Shown: positions 40,904-51,722, counted from the first letter of the stretch. The stretch is DNA of 64,000 bases from Roseibacillus sp. (GCA_965242925.1 CBDEUM010000014.1:288001-352000), one strand, 5' to 3'. The notes: generated by a model from the letters alone, not told the origin. A program made the numbers and translations.

Positions 40904-42298
40904 ATGCAGCTTCCCTCCCCCCGGCATCTTCCTCCCCTCGATGAGCGCTTCCTGCCCGCTGCACTCTGGAACAGAGCATACCGGAAACTGGTGGACGCCG
41001 AGCCGGAGAGCCGCAACCTGCATCTCGCCCTTGCCCGCAAGGACGGCACAACCTTTCACCACCGCCTGCAAATCCTGCCCCATGAGGGCGGGAACGTGGA
41101 GCTCAACCGAAAATATGTTGAACGCACGGTCAAATTCCTCTTCTGGATGAAAGGTGGAAGCCGCCTCTACGTGGCGGGCAACGACGCAGTGGCGACCTTT
41201 CTGTCCGGAATCTACTCGCCGGATGGCGCCCGCTCCTTCGACCGGGATATCGTGGGACATGGGATCTTCGGCGAACCCATTTCCGTTACCCCCTGCCAGC
41301 GGGAGGAATTGCCCCCCGCCTCGGAGGAAAACATGGAGCTCGGCCGCAATCTTGACGGCTGCCGAATCGGATTTGATCTCGGTGGATCCGACCGCAAGGC
41401 CGCCGCCCTCATCGACGGGGAGGTTGTTTTTTCCGAAGAAATCCCATGGGACCCCTACTTCCAGTCCGATCCACACTACCATCTCGAAGGAATCCGCGAC
41501 AGCCTGCAACGCGCCGCGGCCCACCTGCCACGGGTCGATGCCATCGGCGGATCGGCAGCAGGAGATTACATCAACAACGAAGTCCGGGTGGCTTCTCTCT
41601 TTCGGGGGATCAAGAATCCTGCTGTTTTTGAGACGGAAGTGCGTCCGATCTTCCTCAAGCTGCAGGAGGAGTGGGAGGGAATCCCCTTCGTGGTCATCAA
41701 CGACGGAGAGGTGACCGCCCTCGCCGGCTCCTTGAGCATGAATGCCAACGCCGTGCTCGGCATCTCGATGGGCACCTCCCTGGCGTCCGGCTACTGCACT
41801 CCCGGAGGCCGTATCACACCTTGGATCAACGAGCTGGCCTTTGCACCCATCGACTATCGCGACGACGCCCCCGAGGATGAATGGTCGGGCGACATCGGAT
41901 GCGGAGTGCAGTACTTCTCCCAGCAGGGAGTTGCGCGGTTGGCTCCCGCCGCAGGTTTCGCGTTCGGGAAAATGGCCTTCCCCGAGCAACTGGCGGAGAT
42001 CCAGAAGGCGATGACCCGGGGCCATGAGGGCGCCCGCCGGATCTACGAAACGATCGGGGTGTGCTTCGGTTACACCATCGCGCACTACGCCGAGTTCTAC
42101 GAGATCCAGAACCTTCTCATCCTGGGCCGGGTGACCTCCGGAGAGGGTGGCGAACTCATCCTCGAAAAAGCTGCGGAAGTGCTGCAGGATGAGTTTCCGC
42201 AACTGAGCGAACAGATCACCATGACCACTCCGGACGAACAGATGAAACGGCACGGACAGGCGGTGGCCGCTGCCAGCCTGCCGACCCTTGCTCCCTAG
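40904..42298 (+). CDS. ROK-family sugar kinase with N-terminal extension
   Basis: RIGFDLGGSDRK, INDGEVTALAG, MGTSLASGY, NELAF. Confidence 0.85.
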   Translation: MQLPSPRHLPPLDERFLPAALWNRAYRKLVDAEPESRNLHLALARKDGTTFHHRLQILPHEGGNVELNRKYVERTVKFLFWMKGGSRLYVAGNDAVATFLSGIYSPDGARSFDRDIVGHGIFGEPISVTPCQREELPPASEENMELGRNLDGCRIGFDLGGSDRKAAALIDGEVVFSEEIPWDPYFQSDPHYHLEGIRDSLQRAAAHLPRVDAIGGSAAGDYINNEVRVASLFRGIKNPAVFETEVRPIFLKLQEEWEGIPFVVINDGEVTALAGSLSMNANAVLGISMGTSLASGYCTPGGRITPWINELAFAPIDYRDDAPEDEWSGDIGCGVQYFSQQGVARLAPAAGFAFGKMAFPEQLAEIQKAMTRGHEGARRIYETIGVCFGYTIAHYAEFYEIQNLLILGRVTSGEGGELILEKAAEVLQDEFPQLSEQITMTTPDEQMKRHGQAVAAASLPTLAP

Positions 42299-42314
42299 CC
42301 TCCTTCCGTCTCCC

Positions 42315-43163
42315 ATGCATTTCTCCAGTCCCAGCGCCTCTATTTACGTCCCGCCCGGTCAAACCATCGAGGTCGCGGTTCCCCGGATCACCCACCTGGG
42401 GATCGGGGCCCACCAGGATGATCTTGAGTTCATGGCCTTTCACGGAATCGAGGCCTGTTATCGGCAGAACGACAAGTGGTTCGGGGGGGTCACCTGCACC
42501 AACGGGGCGGGGAGTTCCCGCACGGGCCTCTACAAGGACTACTCCGACGATGAGATGTGCGCCGTGCGCCGCCGCGAACAGGAGCAGGCCGCGGTGGTCG
42601 GGGAGTATGCCGCCATGGTTCAACTCGATTACCCGAGCAGCTCCATGAAGGATCCCTCCAACCCTTCACCGGTAGAGGACCTCCTCTCCATCCTGGAAGC
42701 AACCCGCCCAGAGGTGGTCTACACCCACAATCCGGCGGACAAGCACGCCACTCATGTAGCGGTCACCGCGGCCGTGCTGAAAGCGCTTCGAGCCCTCCCG
42801 CCCGAGGCACAGCCCAGACAGGTCCTCGGTTGCGAAGTCTGGCGCGATCTTGACTGGATGCTCGATGCCGACAAGACCGTGCTCGACGTAAGCGGTCGCC
42901 CCAACCTGGCCGCCGCGATCGGTGGAATTTTCGATTCCCAGATTGCCGGCGGCAAACGTTACGATCTCGCCGTGCAGGGGCGACGTCTGGCCAATGCCAC
43001 CTTCTTCGATTCACACTCGGTCGACGATGCGGAGCAACTCTGGTTCGCCATGGACCTCACCCCGCTGGTCGACGATCCCGCCCTTGACCCTGTCGAGTTC
43101 ACCGCTGCCTTCATCCGGCGTTTCGAGGAGGATGTCCGCGGCTCCCTTGGAAACTATTTCTGA
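42315..43163 (+). CDS. PIG-L/LmbE-family N-deacetylase
   Basis: GAHQDDLE, RRREQEQAA, YTHNPADKHATH metal-binding motifs. Confidence 0.88.
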   Translation: MHFSSPSASIYVPPGQTIEVAVPRITHLGIGAHQDDLEFMAFHGIEACYRQNDKWFGGVTCTNGAGSSRTGLYKDYSDDEMCAVRRREQEQAAVVGEYAAMVQLDYPSSSMKDPSNPSPVEDLLSILEATRPEVVYTHNPADKHATHVAVTAAVLKALRALPPEAQPRQVLGCEVWRDLDWMLDADKTVLDVSGRPNLAAAIGGIFDSQIAGGKRYDLAVQGRRLANATFFDSHSVDDAEQLWFAMDLTPLVDDPALDPVEFTAAFIRRFEEDVRGSLGNYF

Positions 43164-43284
43164 CCCCTGGACCGACGCGACGGACACCGCCCACAGCAAC
43201 AAATCGTCGACTCGTCAGCAGCCTGCCCCGTTTGGGTCCCTCTCTCTGCCCCTGACCCTGACCCCCCGAGAAGGCAAAGGCTCT

Positions 43285-43312
43285 TTGACACTTGCCCAAA
43301 ATCCGCCATTTT
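43285..43312 (+). promoter_or_regulatory. possible sigma70-type promoter
   Basis: Perfect TTGACA, 16-nt spacer, weak -10 CATTTT, upstream of ATG 43347. Confidence 0.3.
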
Positions 43313-43346
43313 AACTTCTCGCTTCTCCCTCAACTCCCTGCGGTCA

Positions 43347-44651
43347 ATGCGATCACCCGCTGCTCCTCATCCTTCCTCTGTCCTGGCGATCACATGTGCC
43401 CTTGCACTGCCTGCGGGGACCCTGCTGGCAACCGGTCTTGAAAATGGCGAGATCCAGGCCAACGCACAGTTTCTCTCGGGCGGGCTGGCGATCGGAGCCG
43501 AACAGGAACTCACCATGGAGGTGCGCTCGCCCGACCCCGGCCAGTTTCCACCGCTTCCCAATGCGGCGCCAGCCCTCGCCCGGATTGATGCCGCCATGGC
43601 GGCTGTCACGCACCTGACCACCGCAGGATCTTCCAGTGTGCTCAACCAGTTCAACTCCGCGGCCCAGTCCCTGGTCGAATACGTCGACAACCTTGTTGTC
43701 AGCGCGGAAGGGATCGCAGTGGGAACGGATTTGATTGTGACCGTGGCCTGGGAGGTCTCCGGGCGGACCGAGTTCAGTGCGCCTGATCGCATCCGCACGC
43801 GGAGCAGAGCCCTCCTCGAGGCGACCGGGATTGACCTCGATCCGGACCCCAATGCCCCTGATCCCCCCCGCCAGCAGTGGGCCCGCGACTTTTCGAACTA
43901 TAACAAGAACATCTCCGGTGAATTCGGACGGGTGAGCTTCGATTTTCTCGTCCAGGCTGGAACTCCCAATCCCGGAAACATCCGCCTCCGCACCGCCACC
44001 GGGGTGCTGGTCGGTGGGGCCGGATCGAATTTCACCGGGAATTACAACTGCCAGGCCAGAAGCGAACTGACCGTCACCCTGGTGGGCGCCATCGATGTCA
44101 GGACGAAGGCGGGCCAGACTCTCTTTCGCTGGAACACCACCGCGCACTCCGGACTTGATTACGGATTCCGCGACGATGATCCGCCGGTGACCCCTCCACT
44201 CACGGTGGGAAATTCCCCAGCTGGTGACGACTTCACCGCTCTGTCCTGGCAGTCCAACGAGAACCGCCACTATTTCGTGGAAATGACCACCGACGACACA
44301 AACTGGACCTTCCTCACCGAGGCAGGCGGCAGCGGGGATCTCATCGAAATCGACGTGATCGGGGATCCGCGGGTCACCGGATACCGCCTCCGGGAATTTT
44401 TCGGAAGTGAATCACCGGATCACAATGTGCGCTCGCCCCACTTGCACGTCTTCCGGAAGGAGGGCAACGGATTGAAGGTCCGCCTGGCCTGGAACACTCA
44501 TGCGCAGGAAATCTACCAGCTCAATGAAGTGCTGCCTGACGGTATTCTCTCCCCGGTCTTCGCCGCTATCGGGGATGGCGGCGCGGTCTGGTTCGACTTC
44601 GAGCCCACCGGCTCCGGACGCGTGTTCCAGGTCACTGCCATTCAAAACTGA
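43347..44651 (+). CDS. secreted hypothetical protein with two tandem C-terminal beta modules
   Basis: Signal-like N-terminus; LSWQS...YFVEMTTDDTNW...YRLR and LAWNT...YQLNE...VFQV modules. Confidence 0.7.
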   Translation: MRSPAAPHPSSVLAITCALALPAGTLLATGLENGEIQANAQFLSGGLAIGAEQELTMEVRSPDPGQFPPLPNAAPALARIDAAMAAVTHLTTAGSSSVLNQFNSAAQSLVEYVDNLVVSAEGIAVGTDLIVTVAWEVSGRTEFSAPDRIRTRSRALLEATGIDLDPDPNAPDPPRQQWARDFSNYNKNISGEFGRVSFDFLVQAGTPNPGNIRLRTATGVLVGGAGSNFTGNYNCQARSELTVTLVGAIDVRTKAGQTLFRWNTTAHSGLDYGFRDDDPPVTPPLTVGNSPAGDDFTALSWQSNENRHYFVEMTTDDTNWTFLTEAGGSGDLIEIDVIGDPRVTGYRLREFFGSESPDHNVRSPHLHVFRKEGNGLKVRLAWNTHAQEIYQLNEVLPDGILSPVFAAIGDGGAVWFDFEPTGSGRVFQVTAIQN

Positions 44652-44759
44652 ATAACTCTCCGGGGAACCGCAGGCCCCTTGCCATCCTTCACCATCGTGG
44701 AGCCTGACGGATCCCGCAATCCTCCGTCCCGGCTGGATCCTGGTTCATCGTGTGGATCC

Positions 44760-45746
44760 TCAACCCAGGCGCCGGGCTGCCTCTTTTGCGAAGTAACTCA
44801 GGATCACATCCGCACCGGCACGCTTGATGCCGGTGAGACTCTCCATGACCACTGCCTGTTCTTCCAGCCAGCCCGCGGCACAGGCGGACTTGATCATGAG
44901 GTATTCACCGCTCACCTGGTAGGCTGCCACCGGAAGGGTGGTCTCATCCCGCAGGGCTGCAATCACATCGAGATAGGGCCCGGCCGGCTTGACCATTACC
45001 ATGTCAACCCCTTCCTCCTCATCCAGGAGGAGTTCACGGACAGCTTCCCGCACGTTGGCGGGATCCATTTGGTAGGTTTTCTTGTCACCGTCCCTGGGAG
45101 CGGAATCAAGTGCTCCACGAAAAGGTCCGTAGTAGGCCGAGGCATACTTGGCAGTATAGCCCAGGATGGAGACCCCCTCGAAGGACGCACCATCCAGGGC
45201 AGTGCGAATGGCGGCGACCCTCCCATCCATCATATCGCTGGGTCCCACCATGTCGGCACCCGCTTGGGCATGGCAGAGAGCCTGCCGACAGAGCACTTCC
45301 ACCGTCTGGTCATTGAGGATCTCGAGGGATCCATCCTCCCCTCGCCTCACAAGACCGTCCTGACCGTCTGAATTGTAGGGATCAAGGGCCACGTCGGTAA
45401 TAACCACCAGGGAGGGATGAGCAGCCTTGAGGGCCTGGACCGCGCGCGGCACCAAACCTTCCGGATTGGCACACTCCTCCGCTTCCGGGGTCTTCAGCCC
45501 TTCGGCCATAACAGGAAATAGTATCACTGCCGGGATTCCCAATGCGTGAGCCTTCCCCGCCTCCTGCACGAGGCCATCCAGGGACCAGCGTCGGCAGCCC
45601 GGCATGGACGCAATCTCTGCATCCCCCTTGTCTTCATGCAGGAAGAGCGGATAAATGAAGTCGCTGGGGGTAAGCACGGTCTCTCTCACCATGGCTCGGA
45701 TAGCGGAGGACTTGCGATTGCGCCGGGGGCGATGGAACAGGTTCAT
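44760..45746 (-). CDS. hemB: porphobilinogen synthase
   Basis: RPRRNR, TDVALDPY, PSDMMDGRV, KYASAYYGPFR, MVKPA, AYQVSGEY. Confidence 0.96.
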   Translation of the reverse strand: MNLFHRPRRNRKSSAIRAMVRETVLTPSDFIYPLFLHEDKGDAEIASMPGCRRWSLDGLVQEAGKAHALGIPAVILFPVMAEGLKTPEAEECANPEGLVPRAVQALKAAHPSLVVITDVALDPYNSDGQDGLVRRGEDGSLEILNDQTVEVLCRQALCHAQAGADMVGPSDMMDGRVAAIRTALDGASFEGVSILGYTAKYASAYYGPFRGALDSAPRDGDKKTYQMDPANVREAVRELLLDEEEGVDMVMVKPAGPYLDVIAALRDETTLPVAAYQVSGEYLMIKSACAAGWLEEQAVVMESLTGIKRAGADVILSYFAKEAARRLG

Positions 45747-45755
45747 GGGAATCTC

Positions 45756-47162
45756 CTAGAGTGGTTTCAGTTCGTATCCATTCTGGCCGTCTTTCACGGT
45801 CCAGCCTAGTGTCTTAAGCTCGTCGCGGACCGCATCGGCCCCGGCCCAGTCCCTGGCGACCCGGGCTTCCTGCCGCTTCTCGGCCAGGGCGACCACCTCG
45901 GGGGGCGCCTCCGGATCCTCCAGATCCGGCAGCAGCAACCCCAAGGCCGCCAGAATAGCATGAAACCCCAGCCAATTCACCCTCGGATCACCTTCGGTGT
46001 CGGCCGTCCGCAACCCCGTGAAGAGCTGGCCCAGTCCTTCCGGAGTATTCAGGTCGTCATTGAGGGCCGCCAGGGCAGGGGTAAAGACCCCGTGATCCTC
46101 CAGCTTGCAGAGCTCCTTGTAGGAAGGAGCCGCTTGACCGTCCCGACCGGCTGCTTTTGCAAGGCGGGCCTCGGCCCGCACGAGCTTGCTCAGGGCTTCC
46201 CGCGCCGCATGCAACCCATCGAAGGTAAAATTGAGCTGCTTCCGATGGTGCGCACTGATGAGCACGTAACGCACCTCCATCGCGGTTGCCCCCGGGTCAC
46301 TCCCCAGATCCTCCAGGGTGTAGAGGTTGTTGAGCGACTTGGACATCTTCTCCCCATCAACCATCAGGAAACGCGGGTGGAACCAGATGCGGGCGAAGTC
46401 CCCTCCACAGGCACACCGCGACTGGGCGATCTCGTTTTCGTGGTGGGGAAACTTGAGATCTTCGCCCCCACTATGAAGATCAAAACTCTCTCCGAGGTAC
46501 TTGAAGCTCATCGCGGAGCACTCCAGATGCCAGCCAGGCCGCCCTTCGCCCCAGGGACTCTCCCAGTAATTATCCCCGTCATCCGGACGCCGTCCCTTCC
46601 AAAGGACGAAATCGGATACGCTGTCCTTCTCGTACTCGTCGGCGTTAGCCCTTCGATCCTGCGTCTTCCCCAGTTCGAGTTCCTGCTGGTCAAGTCGAGC
46701 CAGCTTTCCGTAGTCCCCGAAGGAAGCGATCCGGAAGTAGACTGAGCCATCCCCGGAAGGATAGGCGTGTCCCTTCTTGATCAGGGTCTCAATCATGGCG
46801 ATCTGCTCCGGTATGTGCTTCACCGCTCTGGGTTCCACATGGGGCTCCAGGCAGTGAAGAGCCTCACAGTCCCCGTGAAACCGGGCCGTCCATTTTTCGG
46901 TGAATTCAGTCAGCGCCATCCCGGCAGCCTGCGAATCACGGATGGTCTTATCGTCCACGTCCGTAATATTACGCACGTGCTTGGTCCGCATCCCGCTCAC
47001 CTCCATTACCCTCCGGAGAACGTCATTCAGAACAAATGTCCGGAAATTGCCGATATGCGCCGGCCCGTAGACGGTGGGTCCACAGCAATAAAACCTGAAG
47101 GCCTTGCCGTCGGCTGGCTCTATTTCACGCATCTCACGCGTCATGGTGTCGAACAAGCGCAC
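45756..47162 (-). CDS. cysS: cysteine--tRNA ligase
   Basis: [45 protein letters not shown] start near 47162. Confidence 0.96.
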   Translation of the reverse strand: MRLFDTMTREMREIEPADGKAFRFYCCGPTVYGPAHIGNFRTFVLNDVLRRVMEVSGMRTKHVRNITDVDDKTIRDSQAAGMALTEFTEKWTARFHGDCEALHCLEPHVEPRAVKHIPEQIAMIETLIKKGHAYPSGDGSVYFRIASFGDYGKLARLDQQELELGKTQDRRANADEYEKDSVSDFVLWKGRRPDDGDNYWESPWGEGRPGWHLECSAMSFKYLGESFDLHSGGEDLKFPHHENEIAQSRCACGGDFARIWFHPRFLMVDGEKMSKSLNNLYTLEDLGSDPGATAMEVRYVLISAHHRKQLNFTFDGLHAAREALSKLVRAEARLAKAAGRDGQAAPSYKELCKLEDHGVFTPALAALNDDLNTPEGLGQLFTGLRTADTEGDPRVNWLGFHAILAALGLLLPDLEDPEAPPEVVALAEKRQEARVARDWAGADAVRDELKTLGWTVKDGQNGYELKPL

Positions 47163-47390
47163 GCCGTGCTCTAACGGCGGGACACGCCCTTCGCAAGCCT
47201 CCGCTTGCCTGCCTTCGGCAGGCCCCGGCTGCGCGGGGGATTGTCCTCCTCTCCTTGATCCGGTAACACAAAGAGATTCGTAACAGGTCAGGAACAAGCA
47301 GGACCCCTCAAAGACAAGAATTCGCCACCTTGCGGTGGTATCCTGCCCCATCCTGGTCCACATTCAGGAGTGGCCACGCAAAAGAAAGCG

Positions 47391-47969
47391 ATGTTCACTC
47401 CCGAGCAGAAGCGGGCCCTCCTCATCGGCTTCGGGCTCATTCTGGCGGTCGCGACCATCCTTGTCCTCATCTGGTTGGGCATGTTCCTGCCTGGTTTCGC
47501 CGGGGAAGTGTTCCGGAAACTGGCGGGGATGATGTGGACGCCCCTCGTCCTCGACTTTTCCCTCTTCCTCCTTGGAATCATCCTGATCCTCTCGCTCAAC
47601 ATGTTCATCCGGGCCCGAAAGGGCGATGAGTATGTCTATCTGGAGCAGGTGGAGGATCCCCCGACAGATCTCCCCGTAGAGGCCCGCTCCGCCATCTTCC
47701 ACGAAGCCCCCGACCCGGAGAGCCTCGGCCCCAGCCTCGCCGCCATTGAAGGGGCCCTCGAACTCAGTGACCTCTCAGAGGCCACCAGCCTTCTCTTCGA
47801 GTTGCCCTCGGACCAACTTGAGGAGCCGGACGTGCTTGCGCTCAGGATCGCGCTTGCGCACCACAAGGGGCACCATCGGAAAGCCGGCGATCTGCTGGAA
47901 CAGCTCCGGGTCAAGTCGCCTCAGCATCCCCTGTGCGAGAACTCGCGTGGGACGTCTCCCGCTGATTGA
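47391..47969 (+). CDS. hypothetical membrane protein (2 TM + TPR-like helices)
   Basis: Two hydrophobic segments, then GDEYVYLEQV and a helical C-terminus. Confidence 0.7.
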   Translation: MFTPEQKRALLIGFGLILAVATILVLIWLGMFLPGFAGEVFRKLAGMMWTPLVLDFSLFLLGIILILSLNMFIRARKGDEYVYLEQVEDPPTDLPVEARSAIFHEAPDPESLGPSLAAIEGALELSDLSEATSLLFELPSDQLEEPDVLALRIALAHHKGHHRKAGDLLEQLRVKSPQHPLCENSRGTSPAD

Positions 47970-48804
47970 GCTTTTCTCCACATCGCCGACAGAACTTCGC
48001 ATCGAGGAGATGGCCATGCACCCCACAGGAGGGACATGCGTCGGTGGTCTCGTCCTGACGGTTCATGGCGGCATTGAAAGTTTCGCCAATGACGATCCCG
48101 GTCGGCACCGCAATGATACAATATCCGAGCAGCACACAGAAGGCCGCCAGCGCCTTGCCCGCTACCGTGAGCAGGGGCATATCCCCATATCCCAGGGTGG
48201 TCACCGTCACAATGGCCCAGTAGACGCTGACAGGAATGTTCTCAAACTTGCTCCCTGGTTGTCCTGATTCAAGGAGATAGGCCACCGTCCCCATGATCGT
48301 AGCGAGGAGCAGCATGGCAAAGAAGAAGACCGTGATCTTCGTCCGACTTGCCAGCAATCCACGCATGATGACGCTCCCTCCCCGCACATGGCCAACCATC
48401 TTGAGCACCCGGAACATGCGCAGGAGCCGCAGAATCCGGATGACCAGCAGTGATTGGCTCCCTGCCACGAAAATGGCGAGGAAGGTCGGGATCCAGGAGA
48501 GAAAGTCGATAATCCCGAAAAAGCTGAAAATGTAGCGGGCAGGGCGCCGTACAATCCAGATACGCAGGAAGTACTCACTCATGAAAAGAGCGGTAAAGAA
48601 CCACTCTGCCCCCTTGAGCACGGTCCCCCAGCGGTCCGACACCGAACCGATGCTCTCCAGCATGACGGCCACCACGCTGAGGCCAATGGCCCACAACAGC
48701 ACCACATCAAAGGCCTTGCCCGCCCTGGTTTCCGCCTCAAAGACAATTTTCCAGAGGCGCTCGCGGGTTTCGCTGCGCGTGGGTGGAGTCGGCTCCTCGG
48801 CCAT
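47911..48804 (-). CDS. voltage-gated-type potassium channel (ion transport family) with C-terminal zinc ribbon
   Basis: S4 IRILRLLRMFRVLK, pore TTLGYGD, CPSCG...FCRRCG. Confidence 0.92.
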   Translation of the reverse strand: MAEEPTPPTRSETRERLWKIVFEAETRAGKAFDVVLLWAIGLSVVAVMLESIGSVSDRWGTVLKGAEWFFTALFMSEYFLRIWIVRRPARYIFSFFGIIDFLSWIPTFLAIFVAGSQSLLVIRILRLLRMFRVLKMVGHVRGGSVIMRGLLASRTKITVFFFAMLLLATIMGTVAYLLESGQPGSKFENIPVSVYWAIVTVTTLGYGDMPLLTVAGKALAAFCVLLGYCIIAVPTGIVIGETFNAAMNRQDETTDACPSCGVHGHLLDAKFCRRCGEKLNQRETSHASSRTGDAEAT

Positions 48805-48921
48805 CTGGCCGATTCTAGCAGGTTCCCCCTAACCTTGGAACCCACATTCCGGGGAGATCCCTATCCCGCGAAAATCGGATCCTGCCAGTTGAAAAAAGGG
48901 CGAATTGACCACTCGCAGCCC

Positions 48922-49581
48922 TCAATCGTCACGGCCCAGCACATTGCGCATCTGCTCTACCGAGCGGCGATTATACTCGTCGTCACTGATGATGAGAGGT
49001 TCGGGAAAGACCCGGCGGCGAAAGTCTGTGTAGCCGTCACTCGGCTTGTCAACCGGCCCGGCATTACTCTCGCGGGCCCCGCCTGCCTTGTAGACGCCCG
49101 TCCCCGCCCTGCGACCATGAAAGCGTGACTTGCGGGCGGCAAGATGGGAGGGGCTCGTTACCTGAACACGCGATGGGGTCTGGAAGCGGGAGCCATCCGT
49201 CTTTCCCGGGTAGCTCCCGGTCCGAACCTGCCCAGGCCCCTTCCACTCAGGCGATTGGTAGTTTCCGGCCCGGTAGACGGCCTTTCCCACCCCGCCCCCG
49301 AAGGAAATGTCCTGCTTGCCTTCATACTGGCTGCGAACAGGTCCGGTGAAGTTGCCCTTCTTGTCCTTCTTCAACGCGCGGGAATCAAAGGCGAAGCGTT
49401 CTTCGAGAGCGTTGAGGCCTTCCGTTTCTCCAAGAGCAATAACCTGCTTGTCACGATTGCGGGTCTTCACCGTACTGGTTGTACTGGCAGCATTGACCCC
49501 ACCCGTGCCCGAACACGAACTGCACACCACCGCGGTGGCGGCAAATGCTCCAAGCAAGAGAACATGGAAGATATAACGCAA
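48922..49581 (-). CDS. hypothetical secreted protein or lipoprotein
   Basis: Hydrophobic leader ending in CSSC; basic low-complexity body; start uncertain. Confidence 0.55.
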   Translation of the reverse strand: MRYIFHVLLLGAFAATAVVCSSCSGTGGVNAASTTSTVKTRNRDKQVIALGETEGLNALEERFAFDSRALKKDKKGNFTGPVRSQYEGKQDISFGGGVGKAVYRAGNYQSPEWKGPGQVRTGSYPGKTDGSRFQTPSRVQVTSPSHLAARKSRFHGRRAGTGVYKAGGARESNAGPVDKPSDGYTDFRRRVFPEPLIISDDEYNRRSVEQMRNVLGRDD

Positions 49582-49692
49582 GGGACAGGCAACGTGGGGG
49601 CAACGACATTTCTTGTCAATGACGCAGGCGGGTGACGATCCCTTCTCGAATCCGACATTTGATCTCTGGTCCTTCAATCCCTATAAAGGGGC

Positions 49693-50763
49693 ATGCACCC
49701 CTCCCTTTTCAACCAGACCCCCGTGGAGCTGGCGGCCATGCTGGAAGGTTTGGGTGAACCCTCCTACCGGGGAACGCAGATCCTGGAGTGGCTCTGGCAG
49801 AAACGCAGCACTTCGATCGACGAGATGAGTAATCTGCCCGTCGGGTTGCGTGATCACCTGAAGGAGAGCTTCTCTCTGCGTTCGCTTACCCACGTCCGGA
49901 CACAGGGATCGCACGACAGCACGCGCAAGTTCCTCTTCCGCCTGCAGGACGGGTGCCATGTGGAATGCGTCCTCATTCCTGCCTCACCGGCACTCTATGG
50001 TGAACGCGCCGACCGCCGTACATTGTGCGTCTCATCCCAGGTCGGTTGCGCCTATGGCTGCAAGTTCTGCGCCTCGGGTCTGGATGGCTTCTCCCGCAAT
50101 CTCACGGCAGACGAAATCGCAGGGCAGGTTCTTCTCGCTGAGGAGTTGAGCGGCGAGAAGGTCAACAACATCGTCTTCATGGGCATGGGGGAACCCCTTG
50201 CCAATCTGTCCCAGCTGCTCAAGGCCCTGGAATTGATCACCGCCCCGTGGGGGCTTGGAATCGGCGCGCGTCGTCTCACCGTTTCAACCGCCGGGCTGGT
50301 CCCGCAGATCCGCAAGCTGGCAGATCACCCCCAACAGATCCGCCTGGCCATCTCCCTCCATGGTGCCAGCGACGAAGTACGCGACCGGATCATGCCGATC
50401 AATCGCAAGTGGCCCCTGTCAGAGCTGTTCAAGGCCCTGCGCTACTGGACAAAGCGCAAAAAACAGACAATCACCCTCGAATATATCCTGATCGACGACG
50501 TCAACGCCGACCTTGCCCAGGCGACTTTGCTCGCACAGCGCGCAAAGTCGCTTCAGGCCAAGGTGAATCTGATCCCCTACAACACGGTGGAAGGCCTGCC
50601 GTGGAAACGCCCGGACGATCCACAATGCCGTGCCTTCCGGGATGCCCTGGTGAAAAGCGGAGTCCCCGCCACCCTTCGCCTCGAAAAGGGGCACGACATC
50701 GATGCCGCCTGCGGACAGCTCCGACTCAAGGAGGAGAAAAAAATCAGGACGGACGTGGACTAG
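49693..50763 (+). CDS. rlmN: 23S rRNA/tRNA C2-adenine methyltransferase
   Basis: TLCVSSQVGCAYGCKFC, NIVFMGMGEP, LAISLH, DIDAACGQL. Confidence 0.96.
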   Translation: MHPSLFNQTPVELAAMLEGLGEPSYRGTQILEWLWQKRSTSIDEMSNLPVGLRDHLKESFSLRSLTHVRTQGSHDSTRKFLFRLQDGCHVECVLIPASPALYGERADRRTLCVSSQVGCAYGCKFCASGLDGFSRNLTADEIAGQVLLAEELSGEKVNNIVFMGMGEPLANLSQLLKALELITAPWGLGIGARRLTVSTAGLVPQIRKLADHPQQIRLAISLHGASDEVRDRIMPINRKWPLSELFKALRYWTKRKKQTITLEYILIDDVNADLAQATLLAQRAKSLQAKVNLIPYNTVEGLPWKRPDDPQCRAFRDALVKSGVPATLRLEKGHDIDAACGQLRLKEEKKIRTDVD

Positions 50764-51221
50764 AACGGGATATCTCCCTCGTCGTCGTCGAGGTCATCGG
50801 CCGCAGGGGACGCTCCCTGCGACTGAGCGGACGGTTCCGACTGTTGTTGCGGCGAGGCGGCGCTCTGGGCCTGGCCTCCGCCTCCACGGCCATCCGAAAG
50901 AAACTGCATGTTTTCACCGACTACCTTGAGTTTACTGCGTTTCTGCCCGGTATTCTTGTCTTCCCAGGTGTCCATCTGGAGACGCCCCTCGATATAAACC
51001 GGGCGCCCTTTTCCTAGATACTGCTGGGCCAGTTCCGCCTGTCGTGCCCAAAGGGTCACATCAATGAAGGTTGTTTCCTCCTGCCGCTCTCCCTGGTCGT
51101 TGGTCCGGACCCGGTTGACCGCCATCCCCAGTTCGGCAACCGCGGTTCCCTTCGGCGTGTAGCGCAGCTCAGGATCCCGGGTCAGGTTTCCAATGAGCAT
51201 CACCTTGTTCAAATTTGCCAT
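50760..51221 (-). CDS. ssb: single-stranded DNA-binding protein
   Basis: NKVMLIGNLTRDPELRYTP, acidic tail ending DIPF. Confidence 0.97.
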   Translation of the reverse strand: MANLNKVMLIGNLTRDPELRYTPKGTAVAELGMAVNRVRTNDQGERQEETTFIDVTLWARQAELAQQYLGKGRPVYIEGRLQMDTWEDKNTGQKRSKLKVVGENMQFLSDGRGGGGQAQSAASPQQQSEPSAQSQGASPAADDLDDDEGDIPF

Positions 51222-51434
51222 GTCCCGTACCGTAGCGCGGGACAGGCACCCACCAAGGAAAATAATAAGTGGGGAGAGCCCTTGGAAAGGCCCCCCGTCT
51301 GGCGAGCGGCAGGCCAGCAAGCCGTTCAACCGGCTCACAACAGGAGCAACGGTGACACAAAAACGGCACGCCGGGGCGTGCCGTCACTCAATCGCAGGGT
51401 TCTTTCCGAAGCGCAGATTCCGGGCCAGGTCAGC

Positions 51435-51722
51435 TTAAGCGAGGCGCTGGTAGTGCTGCAGGTGAATGAGAGTATTCAGCTTGAGTTTGCTCTGAATATT
51501 CCGGAACTGCTGGGTATCGGCTTCGAAGATGTAGTTCACATAATGCCCCCCCTCAAGGTGACGGGCGTTGTTTGCGAACTTCCGGCGGCCCATCTGCTTG
51601 ATCTCATCAAGCTTGGCGCCTTCCGCTTCCATCTCCTTGGCGACGGCTCCAACGAGTTCGTCGACACTATCTTCCTGTCCCTTCGTGTTCAGAACAATCA
51701 GGCCTTCGTATTTCCTGTTCAT
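51435..51722 (-). CDS. rpsF: 30S ribosomal protein bS6
   Basis: RKYEGLIVL, MGRRKFA, GHYVNYIF; lies directly before ssb. Confidence 0.9.
   Translation of the reverse strand: MNRKYEGLIVLNTKGQEDSVDELVGAVAKEMEAEGAKLDEIKQMGRRKFANNARHLEGGHYVNYIFEADTQQFRNIQSKLKLNTLIHLQHYQRLA

Noticed and set aside
47911..47969. 59-nt convergent overlap of the membrane protein and potassium channel genes
   Set aside because: Both overlapping tails look unstructured; such overlaps are common in GC-rich genomes
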